Below are positions 1-10,022 of a stretch of 42,079 bases of DNA, piece after piece. The DNA is from Abditibacteriaceae bacterium. GTDB lineage: Bacteria > Armatimonadota > Abditibacteriia > Abditibacteriales > Abditibacteriaceae. The stretch is from positions 1-42,079 of the forward strand of contig JANPJS010000093.1 of the NCBI GenBank assembly GCA_031425655.1, given 5' to 3'. The notes beneath the pieces were generated by a model that did no database searches, had not been told where the DNA came from, and saw only the letters and a program-made list of their open reading frames with translations. The stretch's first letter is position 1, and every line of letters begins with the position of its first letter. A program made the position numbers and the translations under genes.

Positions 1-101
1 CAGCGACAGCGTTGTTTGCCATGACGGGAATAGCCGTGACGAATGACTTTGGTGCCGCCGCAATGGGAGCACGAGGAAAGTTGGGGAGTATCTTCTGGCA
101 C
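1..101 (-). CDS. IS1-family transposase InsA-like N-terminus (partial, runs off the window)
   Basis: Manual translation from GTG at 101 gives VPEDTPQLSSCSHCGGTKVIRHGYSRHGKQRCRC..., the CxxC-x(n)-GKQRxxC zinc ribbon typical of InsA. Not in the ORF track. Confidence 0.7.
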   Translation of the reverse strand, partial: MPEDTPQLSSCSHCGGTKVIRHGYSRHGKQRCR

Positions 102-127
102 ATCTTCAGCTTACTCTAACAACTACC
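1..127 (-). mobile_element. Left end of an IS1-family-like insertion sequence, truncated by the window edge
   Basis: On the minus strand, GGTAGTTGTTAGAGTAA (127-111) resembles IS1-family termini (GGTARTG...). It is followed by an ORF with an InsA-type zinc ribbon. Confidence 0.65.
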
Positions 128-219
128 CTCAGCCCAACACCCAAACTTTTATGTGAATTTCTTGAGACCGATTAGGCCTTACCGGACTTTGACCATCCAC
201 AAGCGGCATAAAAGGATTT

Positions 220-1569
220 TTAAGGGGCGGTGGTTGTGGCGGGCCGTTTCAGGCTGTGAATGACATCGGCCATGAGCGCGGTGCGGCGCGAATAGCTGCA
301 TTCATCGAGCAAGGCGTCATTGGAAGTTTGTGCGGGCCGGGCGTCGGCGAATTGCTGCCAGAATTTTTCGAGGGCGTTGACGACATCGTCATCGGAGGCC
401 GCTAAAACTACGCCCTCGGCGCCGCGCACCAAGTCGGCAGTGGCGCCGTCGGACTCGGCGGAGATTAAAATGCGGCGGCGCGCGGCTAAATATTCGTAAA
501 GCTTGCCGGGAATCTGCAACGGCTGTTTGTTGGCGATGAGCAGCAAAACGTAGTCTTCCTGCATGAATTCGAGCGCGCGTTCGCGGGCCACGGGCGGGCA
601 CAAACTGACAATGGAAGACAAGCCCAGCGCCTCGATATGTTCCGGCGCGGTGCCGAATTCAGGGCCGATAAAACGCACGCGAACCGGCGCATCGGTCTCG
701 CTGCGACGGTCGAGCCAGCGGCGCAAACCGCGCAGAAACGGGCCGGGATCGCGTTTGCTGTAAACGCTGCCATAATGGCCGATAGTGAACTCTGTCGAGG
801 TCGCAGCAGCGGGCGCGAACTTTTTGGGCGTATTGCAGCCGTTGGGAATGGCGATGGTTTTTCCCGCGACTTCGGGCCATTCGGCGTTGACATCCTGACA
901 TAATCGCCCGGTATTAAGCACGATTTTGTCGGCGCGGCGCAGGCATGGCACAAATAAGCGGTTGTAGGCCGCCTGCAGCACCTTCGAGCCGACTTCGTCA
1001 ATGTCCTTATACCAGGGGTCGCGTAAATCCATGACCCACGGCAAATTGTGGCGATTGGCCAATTCGAGCGCGATGAGATGCACCACGCGCGGCGGCGACG
1101 TGGAAAGAATTAAATCGAAACGCTGCTCAGCGAGCAGCTTATCTGCCGCTGCCAACGCCGGGAGGCGCCAGCCGCCCATCGCGTCGGGATAACGCAGCCA
1201 TTCAAGTAGCCACCGACGGCGTGGTGTCGCGCGCAGCCAGCCCTCGCTGCCTAAGCCCGAACTCGCAATGTTATCTTTGTTTTCGGTCGGGGAAGCAGCG
1301 AAAGCGCACAGCAGCTTATTTTTGAAAGATGAAGCTTGCCGCACCATTTCCATCCGCTTGGTGACTCCGACCGGCGTGCGAATAATATGCTCTGCGGGAA
1401 CGCCCTCAATAGTGAAACTGTCGTCGCGCCGCTCCATCACTTCGGGTAAAACCGTGACAATCCACGGCTCGATGCCGTGTTCGGGTAACAGGCGCGCGAA
1501 TTGATAAGGACGCATCGCGCCGACTTCGGCATCCGGCGGAAAATGGTAAGAAAGTAAAAGAACGCGCAT
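220..1569 (-). CDS. Glycosyltransferase family 4 protein
   Basis: MRVLLLSYHFPP..GAMR N-terminus, TSPP, DLRDPW, IPNG and PGKLYEYLA motifs of the GT4 (GT-B) fold. Confidence 0.9.
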   Translation of the reverse strand: MRVLLLSYHFPPDAEVGAMRPYQFARLLPEHGIEPWIVTVLPEVMERRDDSFTIEGVPAEHIIRTPVGVTKRMEMVRQASSFKNKLLCAFAASPTENKDNIASSGLGSEGWLRATPRRRWLLEWLRYPDAMGGWRLPALAAADKLLAEQRFDLILSTSPPRVVHLIALELANRHNLPWVMDLRDPWYKDIDEVGSKVLQAAYNRLFVPCLRRADKIVLNTGRLCQDVNAEWPEVAGKTIAIPNGCNTPKKFAPAAATSTEFTIGHYGSVYSKRDPGPFLRGLRRWLDRRSETDAPVRVRFIGPEFGTAPEHIEALGLSSIVSLCPPVARERALEFMQEDYVLLLIANKQPLQIPGKLYEYLAARRRILISAESDGATADLVRGAEGVVLAASDDDVVNALEKFWQQFADARPAQTSNDALLDECSYSRRTALMADVIHSLKRPATTTAP

Positions 1570-1639
1570 GGAAAAGGCGCATTGCGCGCCGGGATTTACA
1601 ATAGCAACATTTTAACCGAGAGCAAAACGATTCTTTTCA

Positions 1640-2839
1640 ATGATGACACAAAGTGACCAAATAAAACTGCTGGCGGTCGTTGAAGCGGCGACAGTTACGG
1701 GGCCGGCGCGCAATCTTCTCGACTTTTTTGCAAGCGCCGATGCGCCCCGCGAAAAGGGCGAGCCGTATCTCAGTCCAACGCTGACTACATATCATCGTTC
1801 CCGCATCGCGCTTGATCCAAACGAAGTGCCCAACGAGTTCGTGCGACGGGCACGCGCGCAAAATATCCCCGTAGACGTTATCGCCGAGCGGTTTCCCTTC
1901 GATTTGCGTGTCGTCAACGGCTTGCGCGATGCCGTGCTGCGACGGGCGCCGGACATTGTGGAAACGCATCACGTCAAGTCGCATTTTTTGTTTCGACTTT
2001 CCGGCGCGTGGCAACGCCGTCCGTGGATCGCTTTTCATCATGGCTACACTTCGACCGATGCTAAAGTGCGGCTTTATAACCATTTAGATCGCTGGTCGCT
2101 GCGCGCCGCGCATCGCGTGATAACCGTGAGCCAGGCTTTCGCGCGCGACTTGAAAGCGATTGGCGTGCCGGAACAGCGCATTCTTGTTTTGCATAACTCC
2201 ATCGCGCCGAGCTGGTTCGATTCGGTTCGCGCTCACGATAAAAAATTCTGGCGCGAGCAGCTTAAAATAAGCGATGGCGAGCGCGTGATTCTCGCCGTCG
2301 GGCGCTTTTCCAAAGAAAAAGCGCTGGCCGATTTGGTCACGGCCTTCGCGCAATTAAGCCGCGCCCAACCGCAACTCAAAGCGCGCCTGATTTTGGTCGG
2401 CGACGGCCTGGAACGCGGCCCGGTGCAACAATTGGCCGCAGAATTGGGCGCCACGCAACACATTCTTTTCGCGGGGCAGGTCAGCGACCCACGACCTTAT
2501 TACGCGGCGGCGGACATTTTGGCCATGCCTTCGCTGAGCGAAGGTTCGCCGCTGGCCTTGCTGGAAGCGATGGCCGCCGGTTTGCCTATCGTAGCAACGA
2601 GAGTCGGCGGCGTGCCGGAAATCGTGCGGCACGAACAGGACGCGCTCTTAGTCGCGCCGAGCCAGCCTGATGCGTTGGCTCAAGCGATAAATCTATTGCT
2701 CGCTGACGAAAATCTGGCGCGGCGATTGGGCGAAGCCGCGCAAAATACCGTTTCGACGCGCTTTACACCGGACGCGCATCGCACAACGCGCCTCGAATTC
2801 TATCGTGAATTATTGGCTGAAAATGTCCGGACTCCCTGA
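1640..2839 (+). CDS. Glycosyltransferase family 4 protein
   Basis: VGRFSKEK, LVGDG, PSLSEGSPLALLEAMAAGLPIVATRVGGVPE (EX7E motif). Confidence 0.93.
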   Translation: MMTQSDQIKLLAVVEAATVTGPARNLLDFFASADAPREKGEPYLSPTLTTYHRSRIALDPNEVPNEFVRRARAQNIPVDVIAERFPFDLRVVNGLRDAVLRRAPDIVETHHVKSHFLFRLSGAWQRRPWIAFHHGYTSTDAKVRLYNHLDRWSLRAAHRVITVSQAFARDLKAIGVPEQRILVLHNSIAPSWFDSVRAHDKKFWREQLKISDGERVILAVGRFSKEKALADLVTAFAQLSRAQPQLKARLILVGDGLERGPVQQLAAELGATQHILFAGQVSDPRPYYAAADILAMPSLSEGSPLALLEAMAAGLPIVATRVGGVPEIVRHEQDALLVAPSQPDALAQAINLLLADENLARRLGEAAQNTVSTRFTPDAHRTTRLEFYRELLAENVRTP

Positions 2840-2844
2840 TTTTT

Positions 2845-3675
2845 ATGTCTTTGAAAGACACGCTTTTTTCGCTTTATCTGCGCTCCGGTTATTTGCCGCT
2901 GCGCAATGCTTTTCGAGCTGCAACGGGCCGCGCGCACGCGGTTGTGCTGTGCTATCATCGCGTCGGCGAACGCGACGTGCTAACCACGACGCCGGAGGAT
3001 TTTCGGCGCGATATGAAGTATTTGCAGTCGCATTACGAATGCCTCGCATTGCATCAACTCTGCGAACATTTGCGTTCGGGCCGGCCCTTACGCCGTCCGA
3101 CAGTGGCCATCACGTTCGACGACGGTTACCGCGACAATTTCACGCACGCCGTGCCGATATTGCTGGAACTGGGAATCCCGGCCACATTTTTCGTGGCGAC
3201 CGAATTTATGAGCACCCAACGCATTTTCGCGCACGATGAAGGCGAAGCGAAAAGCTTTCCCAACATGACCTGGGACGATTTGCGCGCTATGCAGTCGGAT
3301 GGCTTTGAAATCGGCTCCCACACCCTTAATCACGCCGATTTGGGCCGCGTGGACGAAGCGCAGTTGCGCCGCGAAATATGCGATTCGCTGGCGACTCTGA
3401 ATCGGGAATTGGGCGCGAAACCGCGCGCTTTTGCTTTTCCGTATGGCAAGCCGCAGAACATGACGCGGCGCGCCGTCGAACTGGCGCACGAGGCCGGTTA
3501 TTACGCCGTGATGTCGGCTTATGGCGGCGATAATGCGCGCGGCGCGCACGGTTTTCCGCTGCAACGCGTGGACGCCGGCAACGGATTGCTGGGTTGGACG
3601 GCGTGGCGAGCGCGCGTTTCCGGCCTCGACCCGGATTACCTGAGGTTGAAACTCCAACGCCGCATCAATGTTTAA
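2845..3675 (+). CDS. Polysaccharide deacetylase (CE4/NodB-like)
   Basis: LCYHRV, ITFDDGY, PATFF, GSHTLNH and FAFPYG motifs. Confidence 0.92.
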   Translation: MSLKDTLFSLYLRSGYLPLRNAFRAATGRAHAVVLCYHRVGERDVLTTTPEDFRRDMKYLQSHYECLALHQLCEHLRSGRPLRRPTVAITFDDGYRDNFTHAVPILLELGIPATFFVATEFMSTQRIFAHDEGEAKSFPNMTWDDLRAMQSDGFEIGSHTLNHADLGRVDEAQLRREICDSLATLNRELGAKPRAFAFPYGKPQNMTRRAVELAHEAGYYAVMSAYGGDNARGAHGFPLQRVDAGNGLLGWTAWRARVSGLDPDYLRLKLQRRINV

Positions 3676-4819
3676 CGAAGTTTGGAAAGATTTGAATATG
3701 CTGTCTGTCGAAAAAGTGGACTGCCGCGAAGGCTTCGTGAACCTCGAATCAGAGTGGAATTCTTTGCTGCAACGTAGCGAAAGCGACACCATCGCGCTTA
3801 CGCACCAATGGCTTCTGACGTGGTGGGATATTTTCGGGGAAGGCCGCGAATTGCACATTCTCATCGTGCGCGATGCGGCGGAAATCATCGGCATCGCGCC
3901 GCTGCTCAAGCGGCGCGTGCTGAATTTGGGATTGCCGTTTCAACGCCTCGAATTTCTCGCATCGGGCGAAAACGAGGCCGACGAAATTTGCTCCGATTAT
4001 CTCGATTTCATCTTGCTGCGTGGGCGCGAAAATGAAGTTTTGCAGGCAATTTTCGATTTTCTCCAAGATGAAAACGGCTGGGACGAGATGCTGCTGAGGG
4101 AACTTTCGTCATCGTCTCCAAGCGCGTTGTGGCTGGAAAAACTGGACGCCAAAACGGGTCTAAAATGCGAATTTACGCCCGACGGCGAAGCGGTTTATTT
4201 GCCGCTTCCCGATAAATGGGACACATTGCTGGCCAGTTTCGACCGGCGGGTTCGCAGCAAACTCCGTCAGGATTGCGAACGATTGAACCAGCTTGACAGT
4301 GACTTACAAATCTTCGATGCCCCGCTTGGCTTCGCCACAGGTTTCGATTTTTTTGTGCAATTGCATCAACAATTGTGGATTTCACGCGGCGAGTCGGGCG
4401 TTTTTGCCAGCGAAAAATTTACGCGCTTTCATCGTGAACTCACCCGCAAGCTGTTGCCGCTTAAACAAGTCAGGCTTTTCGTTTTGAGTTTTGAAGGCAA
4501 GCCGCTGACCGCACTTTACGCCTTCTTTTACAACCAAAAAGCGTTTTTTTATCAAAGCGGGCAGGCGCCGGGCGGGCCGTTTCAAAGCCCCGGCACACTC
4601 CTTCAAAACCTGGCCATCCAGCACGCTATTAGCGAGGGTTTGCGCGAATGGGATTTCCTGAAAGCCGAGCCGGGCAGCTATAAATACCGCTGGAGCAAAC
4701 AAACTCGTGCCATTGTGCAGGCGCGTGTGGCGAAGACTCAGCTCAAGGAAGCGGTTCTCACGTCAACCAACCGCGTCGTGAACAGGCTGCGACAAGTCAA
4801 ACGTTCGCTGAAACGATGA
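3668..4819 (+). CDS. GNAT-family acetyltransferase, CelD/BcsL-like (EPS-associated)
   Basis: EWNSLL..WLLTWW, GIAPL, SDYLDF, YQSG, SPGTLL and WDFLK..YKYRW pattern. The start could be 3698. Confidence 0.85.
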   Translation: MFNEVWKDLNMLSVEKVDCREGFVNLESEWNSLLQRSESDTIALTHQWLLTWWDIFGEGRELHILIVRDAAEIIGIAPLLKRRVLNLGLPFQRLEFLASGENEADEICSDYLDFILLRGRENEVLQAIFDFLQDENGWDEMLLRELSSSSPSALWLEKLDAKTGLKCEFTPDGEAVYLPLPDKWDTLLASFDRRVRSKLRQDCERLNQLDSDLQIFDAPLGFATGFDFFVQLHQQLWISRGESGVFASEKFTRFHRELTRKLLPLKQVRLFVLSFEGKPLTALYAFFYNQKAFFYQSGQAPGGPFQSPGTLLQNLAIQHAISEGLREWDFLKAEPGSYKYRWSKQTRAIVQARVAKTQLKEAVLTSTNRVVNRLRQVKRSLKR

Positions 4820-4909
4820 TATTTTGGTAGTTTCTTTATTGGACAGGCCAAAGGAAAGAATCGTGATGATACAGCAAAGCCAACTGCCGAACGAATTTAA
4901 AGGCGAGGC

Positions 4910-5941
4910 GTGAGAAAACGCGAATTGGCGGCACGCACGCTGGGTTACGGCGCGGTGCGCTGGCTGTGGCGAACGGCGGGCGGTGGCAAGGGCGGCCTGC
5001 GCATTTTAGCCTATCATCGCGTGCTGGACGACGCCCCCGCCTCTTTTGCCTTCGACGAGGATTTAATTAGCGCCACCAGCGCGTCGTTTCGACGCCAAAT
5101 GGAGTTCGTGCGGCGTCATTTTCAGATCGTTTCGTTCGCAGATTTGCAGCGCTGTGCGCAAGAAAACAAGCCGTGGCCCGCGCGGGCGCTCATCGTGACC
5201 TTCGACGACGGCTACGCCGATAATTACAGCCACGCTTTCCCCATTCTCAAAGAGAAAAATGTGCCGGCGACGATTTTTTTAGCAACTGACTTCATGGAAT
5301 CGGGCCGGCTTTTCTGGTGGGATTTGGTCGCCTATTGCTTCAAGCAGAGCGCGCTCGGCAGCGTCCATTTTCCTGAAATCGCCTCGGAGCCGCTGCTTTT
5401 GACCACTGCCGCCGCACGCCGCAAAGCGATCAATCGCGTTTTGCAATGGATGAAAAACATTCCTGAAGCCACGAAAAACGAATTTCTGCAAAATTTGCCG
5501 CGAGTTTTGGAAGTGACACTGCGCGATAATTTGGGACAGGGAATGCACCTTTCGTGGTCTCAAATCGGCGAAATGGCGCAGCACGGCATCGAATTCGGCG
5601 CGCATTCGATTTCGCATCCGATTCTCACGAATGTCGCGCCGGAGCAGTTGGAAGTAGAAATCAACGGCTCAAAGCGGGCCATCGAAGAGCATTTGCAGCG
5701 CGAACCCGTCGCGTTTTGTTATCCCGCCGGACAATTCAACTTTGAGGTGCAAAACGCGGTGCGGCGCGCCGGTTTTCACTTCGCAACAGCGTTCCACGAA
5801 GCGGTTTCGCATGGCGCCCTCGACTGTTTTGCCCTGCCGCGCATTCACGCCGAGCGCGACGATTCTTTTGCGCTTTTTCAAAGCAATCTTATGTTTCCCG
5901 GCGTGATGTTGCGAGGCGGTTCTTCATGCGAAATTTCCTAA
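4910..5941 (+). CDS. Polysaccharide deacetylase (CE4)
   Basis: ILAYHRV, VTFDDGYADN, PATIF, FWWD, GAHSISHP, FCYPAG, LPRI. Confidence 0.92.
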   Translation: MRKRELAARTLGYGAVRWLWRTAGGGKGGLRILAYHRVLDDAPASFAFDEDLISATSASFRRQMEFVRRHFQIVSFADLQRCAQENKPWPARALIVTFDDGYADNYSHAFPILKEKNVPATIFLATDFMESGRLFWWDLVAYCFKQSALGSVHFPEIASEPLLLTTAAARRKAINRVLQWMKNIPEATKNEFLQNLPRVLEVTLRDNLGQGMHLSWSQIGEMAQHGIEFGAHSISHPILTNVAPEQLEVEINGSKRAIEEHLQREPVAFCYPAGQFNFEVQNAVRRAGFHFATAFHEAVSHGALDCFALPRIHAERDDSFALFQSNLMFPGVMLRGGSSCEIS

Positions 5942-7065
5942 ATAAATCCGGCCCCTGCCGCATGATGCAAGTCACATGGTCGCTGGTGGCGGGCGGCGCC
6001 GAAATCTACGCTTTGACCATCGCATCGCGTTTGGACAAGTGCAAATTTGTGCCTTTTATGTGCGCCATGGATCAAGGCGGCGCGCTGGAACCGGAAATCG
6101 CGCGGCAAAGTTTGCCGTTTTTCATCATGCACCGGCGTCCAGGCATTGATTGGCGCCTGATGCTGCGCCTGCATCGCTTGTTTCGCCGTCAGCGCGTGGA
6201 CGTTTTGCAAACGCATCACTTTAATCAGCTTTTTTACAGCGTGTTGGGCGCGAAATTGGTCGGAGCGCGCATTTTTCACACGGAGCACGACACCGAACTG
6301 GCGAAAAAGCCTCGTCTTCGCATCGCGTTACGCATTCTGTCGCTGTTCTGCGAAAAAATGATCGCCATCGGCGACGACATCGCGGTCATGTTCCGCGAAA
6401 TCGGCATTCCTGACAGCAAAATCGAAATCGTTCTCGCCGGCGTCGAGCTTTCGATGGTTGAGGTTTCACGCGACGAAGTGCGGCGCGAATTGGAATTAGC
6501 CGACGACGAGCGCGTGGCGATTATCGTGGCGCGCTTGTTTCCCGAAAAAAATCATAAATTGCTGCTCGCCGCGTTTGACGGCGCAGCGCGACAAAACGCA
6601 AACGCGCGTTTGCTCATCGTCGGCGAAGGCGTCGAAGGCGAGGCGATTCGCGCCGAAATTGCGCGTTTGGGCTTAGAAAAACAAGTGCGAATGCTTGGCG
6701 TGCGGCGCGATGTGCCACGCTTGCTGGCCGCTGCCGATGTTTTCGTTCTCACTTCCGACCGCGAAGGCTTGCCGATTGCCGTTTTAGAAGCGATGGCGGC
6801 GGGGAAACCCGTCATCGCTACGGCTGTCGGCAACCTGCCGGACGTCGTGCGCGACGGCGAAAATGGCCGACTGGTGCCGCCCGGCGACCGCGAAGCATTG
6901 GAAGTCGCATTGATCGAATTGCTCGGCGATGCCTCGCGCGCTTCACAAATGGGCGCAGCCGCACGCGAAACCGCGCGCGGCTACGACGTGCGCACCACCA
7001 TTGAGCGTTACGAACAATTGTTCGGCGAAAACTCAAAGCAGAGTAAGGCCAAAAATGGCCGGTAA
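5926..7065 (+). CDS. Glycosyltransferase family 4 protein
   Basis: GGAE, HTEH, VARLFPEKNH, SDREGLPIAVLEAMAAGKPVIAT. Confidence 0.93.
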   Translation: MRNFLNKSGPCRMMQVTWSLVAGGAEIYALTIASRLDKCKFVPFMCAMDQGGALEPEIARQSLPFFIMHRRPGIDWRLMLRLHRLFRRQRVDVLQTHHFNQLFYSVLGAKLVGARIFHTEHDTELAKKPRLRIALRILSLFCEKMIAIGDDIAVMFREIGIPDSKIEIVLAGVELSMVEVSRDEVRRELELADDERVAIIVARLFPEKNHKLLLAAFDGAARQNANARLLIVGEGVEGEAIRAEIARLGLEKQVRMLGVRRDVPRLLAAADVFVLTSDREGLPIAVLEAMAAGKPVIATAVGNLPDVVRDGENGRLVPPGDREALEVALIELLGDASRASQMGAAARETARGYDVRTTIERYEQLFGENSKQSKAKNGR

Positions 7066-8599
7066 ATCGGGCGCCAACACGATGCAGATCATCCACAACG
7101 TGTTGGTGAACTGGATGGCCTACGCGATCACCATCGTCATCGGCTTCTTTTTGTCGCCGTTTTTGGTGCGTGAACTCGGCGACCCGGTTTACGGCATATG
7201 GACGCTTTTAGGCGCGCTGACCGGCTATCTGGGGCTGTTGGATTTTGGAATTACGCCCTCCATCGTCAAGTCCGTGGCCCAATATCGCGCTAAAGAAGAT
7301 TTCGCGGGAATGAACCGCCTGCTGACCGGCGCGATTTCGATTTTTCTGGGACTGGCTTTCTTTTCCTTTGCCGTCAGTTGCGTGCTGGCGATTTATTTCA
7401 ACGATATTTTCGATAATCCTCTCAGTCGCAGCACGACTGCCGTGCTGGTTTTGCTGACCGGTCTCAATCTGGCGCTGACGTTTCCCGGCTCGGTTTTCAT
7501 CGGCTTTTTGCGTGGCTATCAACGCTATGATCTTGACGCCACGGTTTCGACTATCGCGTTGCTGGCGCGCACCGCGCTGATTGTGTTTTTGCTGCGCGCC
7601 GGCTACGACATCATCGCTTTGGCGGCGGCGACTTTCGTTTTCGACATGGCGCGATTGGCGTATCTGATTCGCTGCGTTTATCGGCTGAATCCGGCCCTGA
7701 AAATTAGCCGCGAGCATTTCGATAAGGGCGAACTCAAACAGCTTTTCAGTTACAGCTCCCATTTTTTCTTAATCGCGGTTGGCACGCGCCTGAACTTTTT
7801 CACCGATTCGATTGTGATCGGTTTTTTTCTGTCCGCCGCCGCCGTGACGCTGTATTCGATTCCCAACCGCTTAATTTCCTACCTGCGCGAACTTGTCATT
7901 GAAATGACCGGCGTTTTGATGCCGGCCATCACGCATTTGCACACCACCGAAGCCACCGAAGGCGTGCGCGAACTGCATCGGCGCTGCACCAAATACGTGG
8001 CGCTTTTGACCTTGCCGGCGGCGGCGATTTTCTGGATTTTAGGCGACCGTTTCATCCGATTATGGATGGGGCCGGGCTACGAAAACGGCTTTGAGTTGCT
8101 GCAAATCCTGACAATCGGCATTGTGGCGCATCTTATCGGCACACCGACGGGCAGCGTGCTCACGGGAATGGGGCGCCACGATATTGTCGCGCGCTTTGTC
8201 ATTTTACAGGCCGTTACCAATCAAGTGCTAAGCCTGCTCTTCGTGAAATCTCTGGGTCTGACCGGCATCGCGCTGGGCACCACGATTTCGATGGTTTGCT
8301 TCTTCGTGTGGGCGCAGCCGGTTTATTTTCGGCATTATTTGAAGCAGCCTTTGGGCGTTTTCGTGCGCAGCGCGCTGTTGCTGCCGATAATCGCACAACT
8401 GCCGTTTATCGGAATTCTTTTCGCCATTAAAATCTGGTGGCCGCTCAATTCTTTAATAGCATTTTTCTTATCAATCACATTAGCTTTGGTGCCTTACTCA
8501 CTCATCGCCGCACTTTTTTGTCTCGGCCCAGACGAACGCCGCGCTTTTTCGCGTATCGCAGGAAAGTTTGGCATTAAGTTAGCAGTTCGTTCTTCATAA
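7055..8599 (+). CDS. Oligosaccharide flippase (Wzx/MATE-like polysaccharide biosynthesis protein)
   Basis: Highly hydrophobic multi-pass protein with LG..YGIW..LLDFGI and TDSIVIG motifs. Likely start is ATG 7055 (overlapping the upstream stop) or 7082, not 6929. Confidence 0.88.
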   Translation: MAGKSGANTMQIIHNVLVNWMAYAITIVIGFFLSPFLVRELGDPVYGIWTLLGALTGYLGLLDFGITPSIVKSVAQYRAKEDFAGMNRLLTGAISIFLGLAFFSFAVSCVLAIYFNDIFDNPLSRSTTAVLVLLTGLNLALTFPGSVFIGFLRGYQRYDLDATVSTIALLARTALIVFLLRAGYDIIALAAATFVFDMARLAYLIRCVYRLNPALKISREHFDKGELKQLFSYSSHFFLIAVGTRLNFFTDSIVIGFFLSAAAVTLYSIPNRLISYLRELVIEMTGVLMPAITHLHTTEATEGVRELHRRCTKYVALLTLPAAAIFWILGDRFIRLWMGPGYENGFELLQILTIGIVAHLIGTPTGSVLTGMGRHDIVARFVILQAVTNQVLSLLFVKSLGLTGIALGTTISMVCFFVWAQPVYFRHYLKQPLGVFVRSALLLPIIAQLPFIGILFAIKIWWPLNSLIAFFLSITLALVPYSLIAALFCLGPDERRAFSRIAGKFGIKLAVRSS

Positions 8600-8774
8600 C
8601 TGTCTATATTTTTAAACGTAGCCGTCCTAATTTTAAATTTGGCAAATTCGTTTCCTATACAAGATTTCGGCTGCACATTGAGAAGCCTCCGACATACGAT
8701 TAAAACCATAGCGGTTATAATTTGCCGGACGGCTCATAAGCAGCTCAATGCTCTGAAAGCCGAGATGAAATACC

Positions 8775-9923
8775 ATGAACCGCGCTGAAAACTTTTCTCC
8801 AGTAAGAACACATCACTCCAATGGCAATTCCCCGATGTCGTCGGGAGCAACGCAGGGCATCCGCACACTGGGCAAATCAGTGTCGGGCCAGACCAAAGCT
8901 TTTTATCGGCTGCGCGCCGGCAAACAGGCACAGCCTCAGCAAATTGTGCCGCGCCGCGCTTTGATCGTGGGCGATAGCCACGCGAGCTGCCGTTTGGCTC
9001 ACGAGTTGAAGCGTCATTTTCCGGAACATTACAAAGTTGTCGGAATCGTCACGCCAACGCCCGGACAGGTTTCGCCCAACGGCGTGCCGGTTGTAGGCAG
9101 CCTGCGCGACATCGCCGGATTGGCTCACCAGCATCAAGTGGACGAAGTGTTAGTCGCCGACTTTTTTGATCCCGAATTCAAAACCACCGAAGACCAAATT
9201 ATCGCTCAGACCCGACATAACGCCGATGCCGTATCCAACGCGCTGACGCTGGCTAAAGCGAGCCGTTATAAAGCTGTGAAGCGCACGTTAGACATTGCGT
9301 TTTCCTTGACAGCGCTGGTCGTGACGGCTCCACTGATGGCGGTGATGGGCGTTATCAACAAAATCACTGCGCCCGGCCCGATTCTGTTCACTCAAGAGCG
9401 CGTCGGCCTCAACGGGCGCCGCTTCCAGATTTACAAGCTGCGGACTATGCGCGTGGATGCCGAAGTTCAAAGCGGGCCAGTATTGGCCCAGCACCGTGAT
9501 ACGCGCTGCACGCCGGTGGGCGCTATCATGCGCGCCACCAAAATTGATGAACTGCCGCAGCTTTTCAACGTGCTGCGCGGCGATATGAGCATCGTCGGCC
9601 CGCGCCCGGAGCGTCCGGTTTTCACAGACATTTACGAGCGTCACGTTCCCAATTATGCGCAGCGCCACGCCGTGCTGCCCGGATTGACCGGAATCGCGCA
9701 AACCAACGGTGACCAGCTCACGCACGTCAGCGTCAAGCTGCACTACGACCTGACCTATGTTCACAATTGCTCTCTGTGGCTGGACATTGTGCTGTTGGCA
9801 CGCACGCCTTTCACCATTCTCAGCGCGCTGACCAGGAAGCCGGAAGCGCCTCTGGCATGGGAAGCCAACGCTACAACTGACGCCCTTGAAACCGCACAAA
9901 GTTACAGTGTCACGGCGCAGTAA
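8775..9923 (+). CDS. Priming sugar transferase (polyprenyl-phosphate glycosylphosphotransferase, WcaJ/ExoY family)
   Basis: [54 protein letters not shown]. Start codon uncertain. Confidence 0.93.
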   Translation: MNRAENFSPVRTHHSNGNSPMSSGATQGIRTLGKSVSGQTKAFYRLRAGKQAQPQQIVPRRALIVGDSHASCRLAHELKRHFPEHYKVVGIVTPTPGQVSPNGVPVVGSLRDIAGLAHQHQVDEVLVADFFDPEFKTTEDQIIAQTRHNADAVSNALTLAKASRYKAVKRTLDIAFSLTALVVTAPLMAVMGVINKITAPGPILFTQERVGLNGRRFQIYKLRTMRVDAEVQSGPVLAQHRDTRCTPVGAIMRATKIDELPQLFNVLRGDMSIVGPRPERPVFTDIYERHVPNYAQRHAVLPGLTGIAQTNGDQLTHVSVKLHYDLTYVHNCSLWLDIVLLARTPFTILSALTRKPEAPLAWEANATTDALETAQSYSVTAQ

Positions 9924-9976
9924 CCAAGTGCAGCCGCTCATCCGGCTTCGTTAAACTAACTCGCAGAAAATACAAA

Positions 9977-10007
9977 CGCCGCCCGGCATTACTTTCGCCG
10001 GGCGGCG
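9977..10007. promoter_or_regulatory. GC-rich hairpin upstream of the exporter RBS
   Basis: CGCCGCCCGGC-attactttc-GCCGGGCGGCG (11-bp stem), followed by GGAGG and ATG 10023. Possible terminator or mRNA-stabilising stem. Confidence 0.45.
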
Positions 10008-10022
10008 CGTTGTTGGAGGGCC

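Noticed and set aside
8600..8774. Possible c-di-GMP riboswitch or other leader RNA before the priming transferase
   Set aside because: GGCAAA is present, but I could not find the required stem, GNRA loop or receptor. It looks like an AT-rich promoter region.
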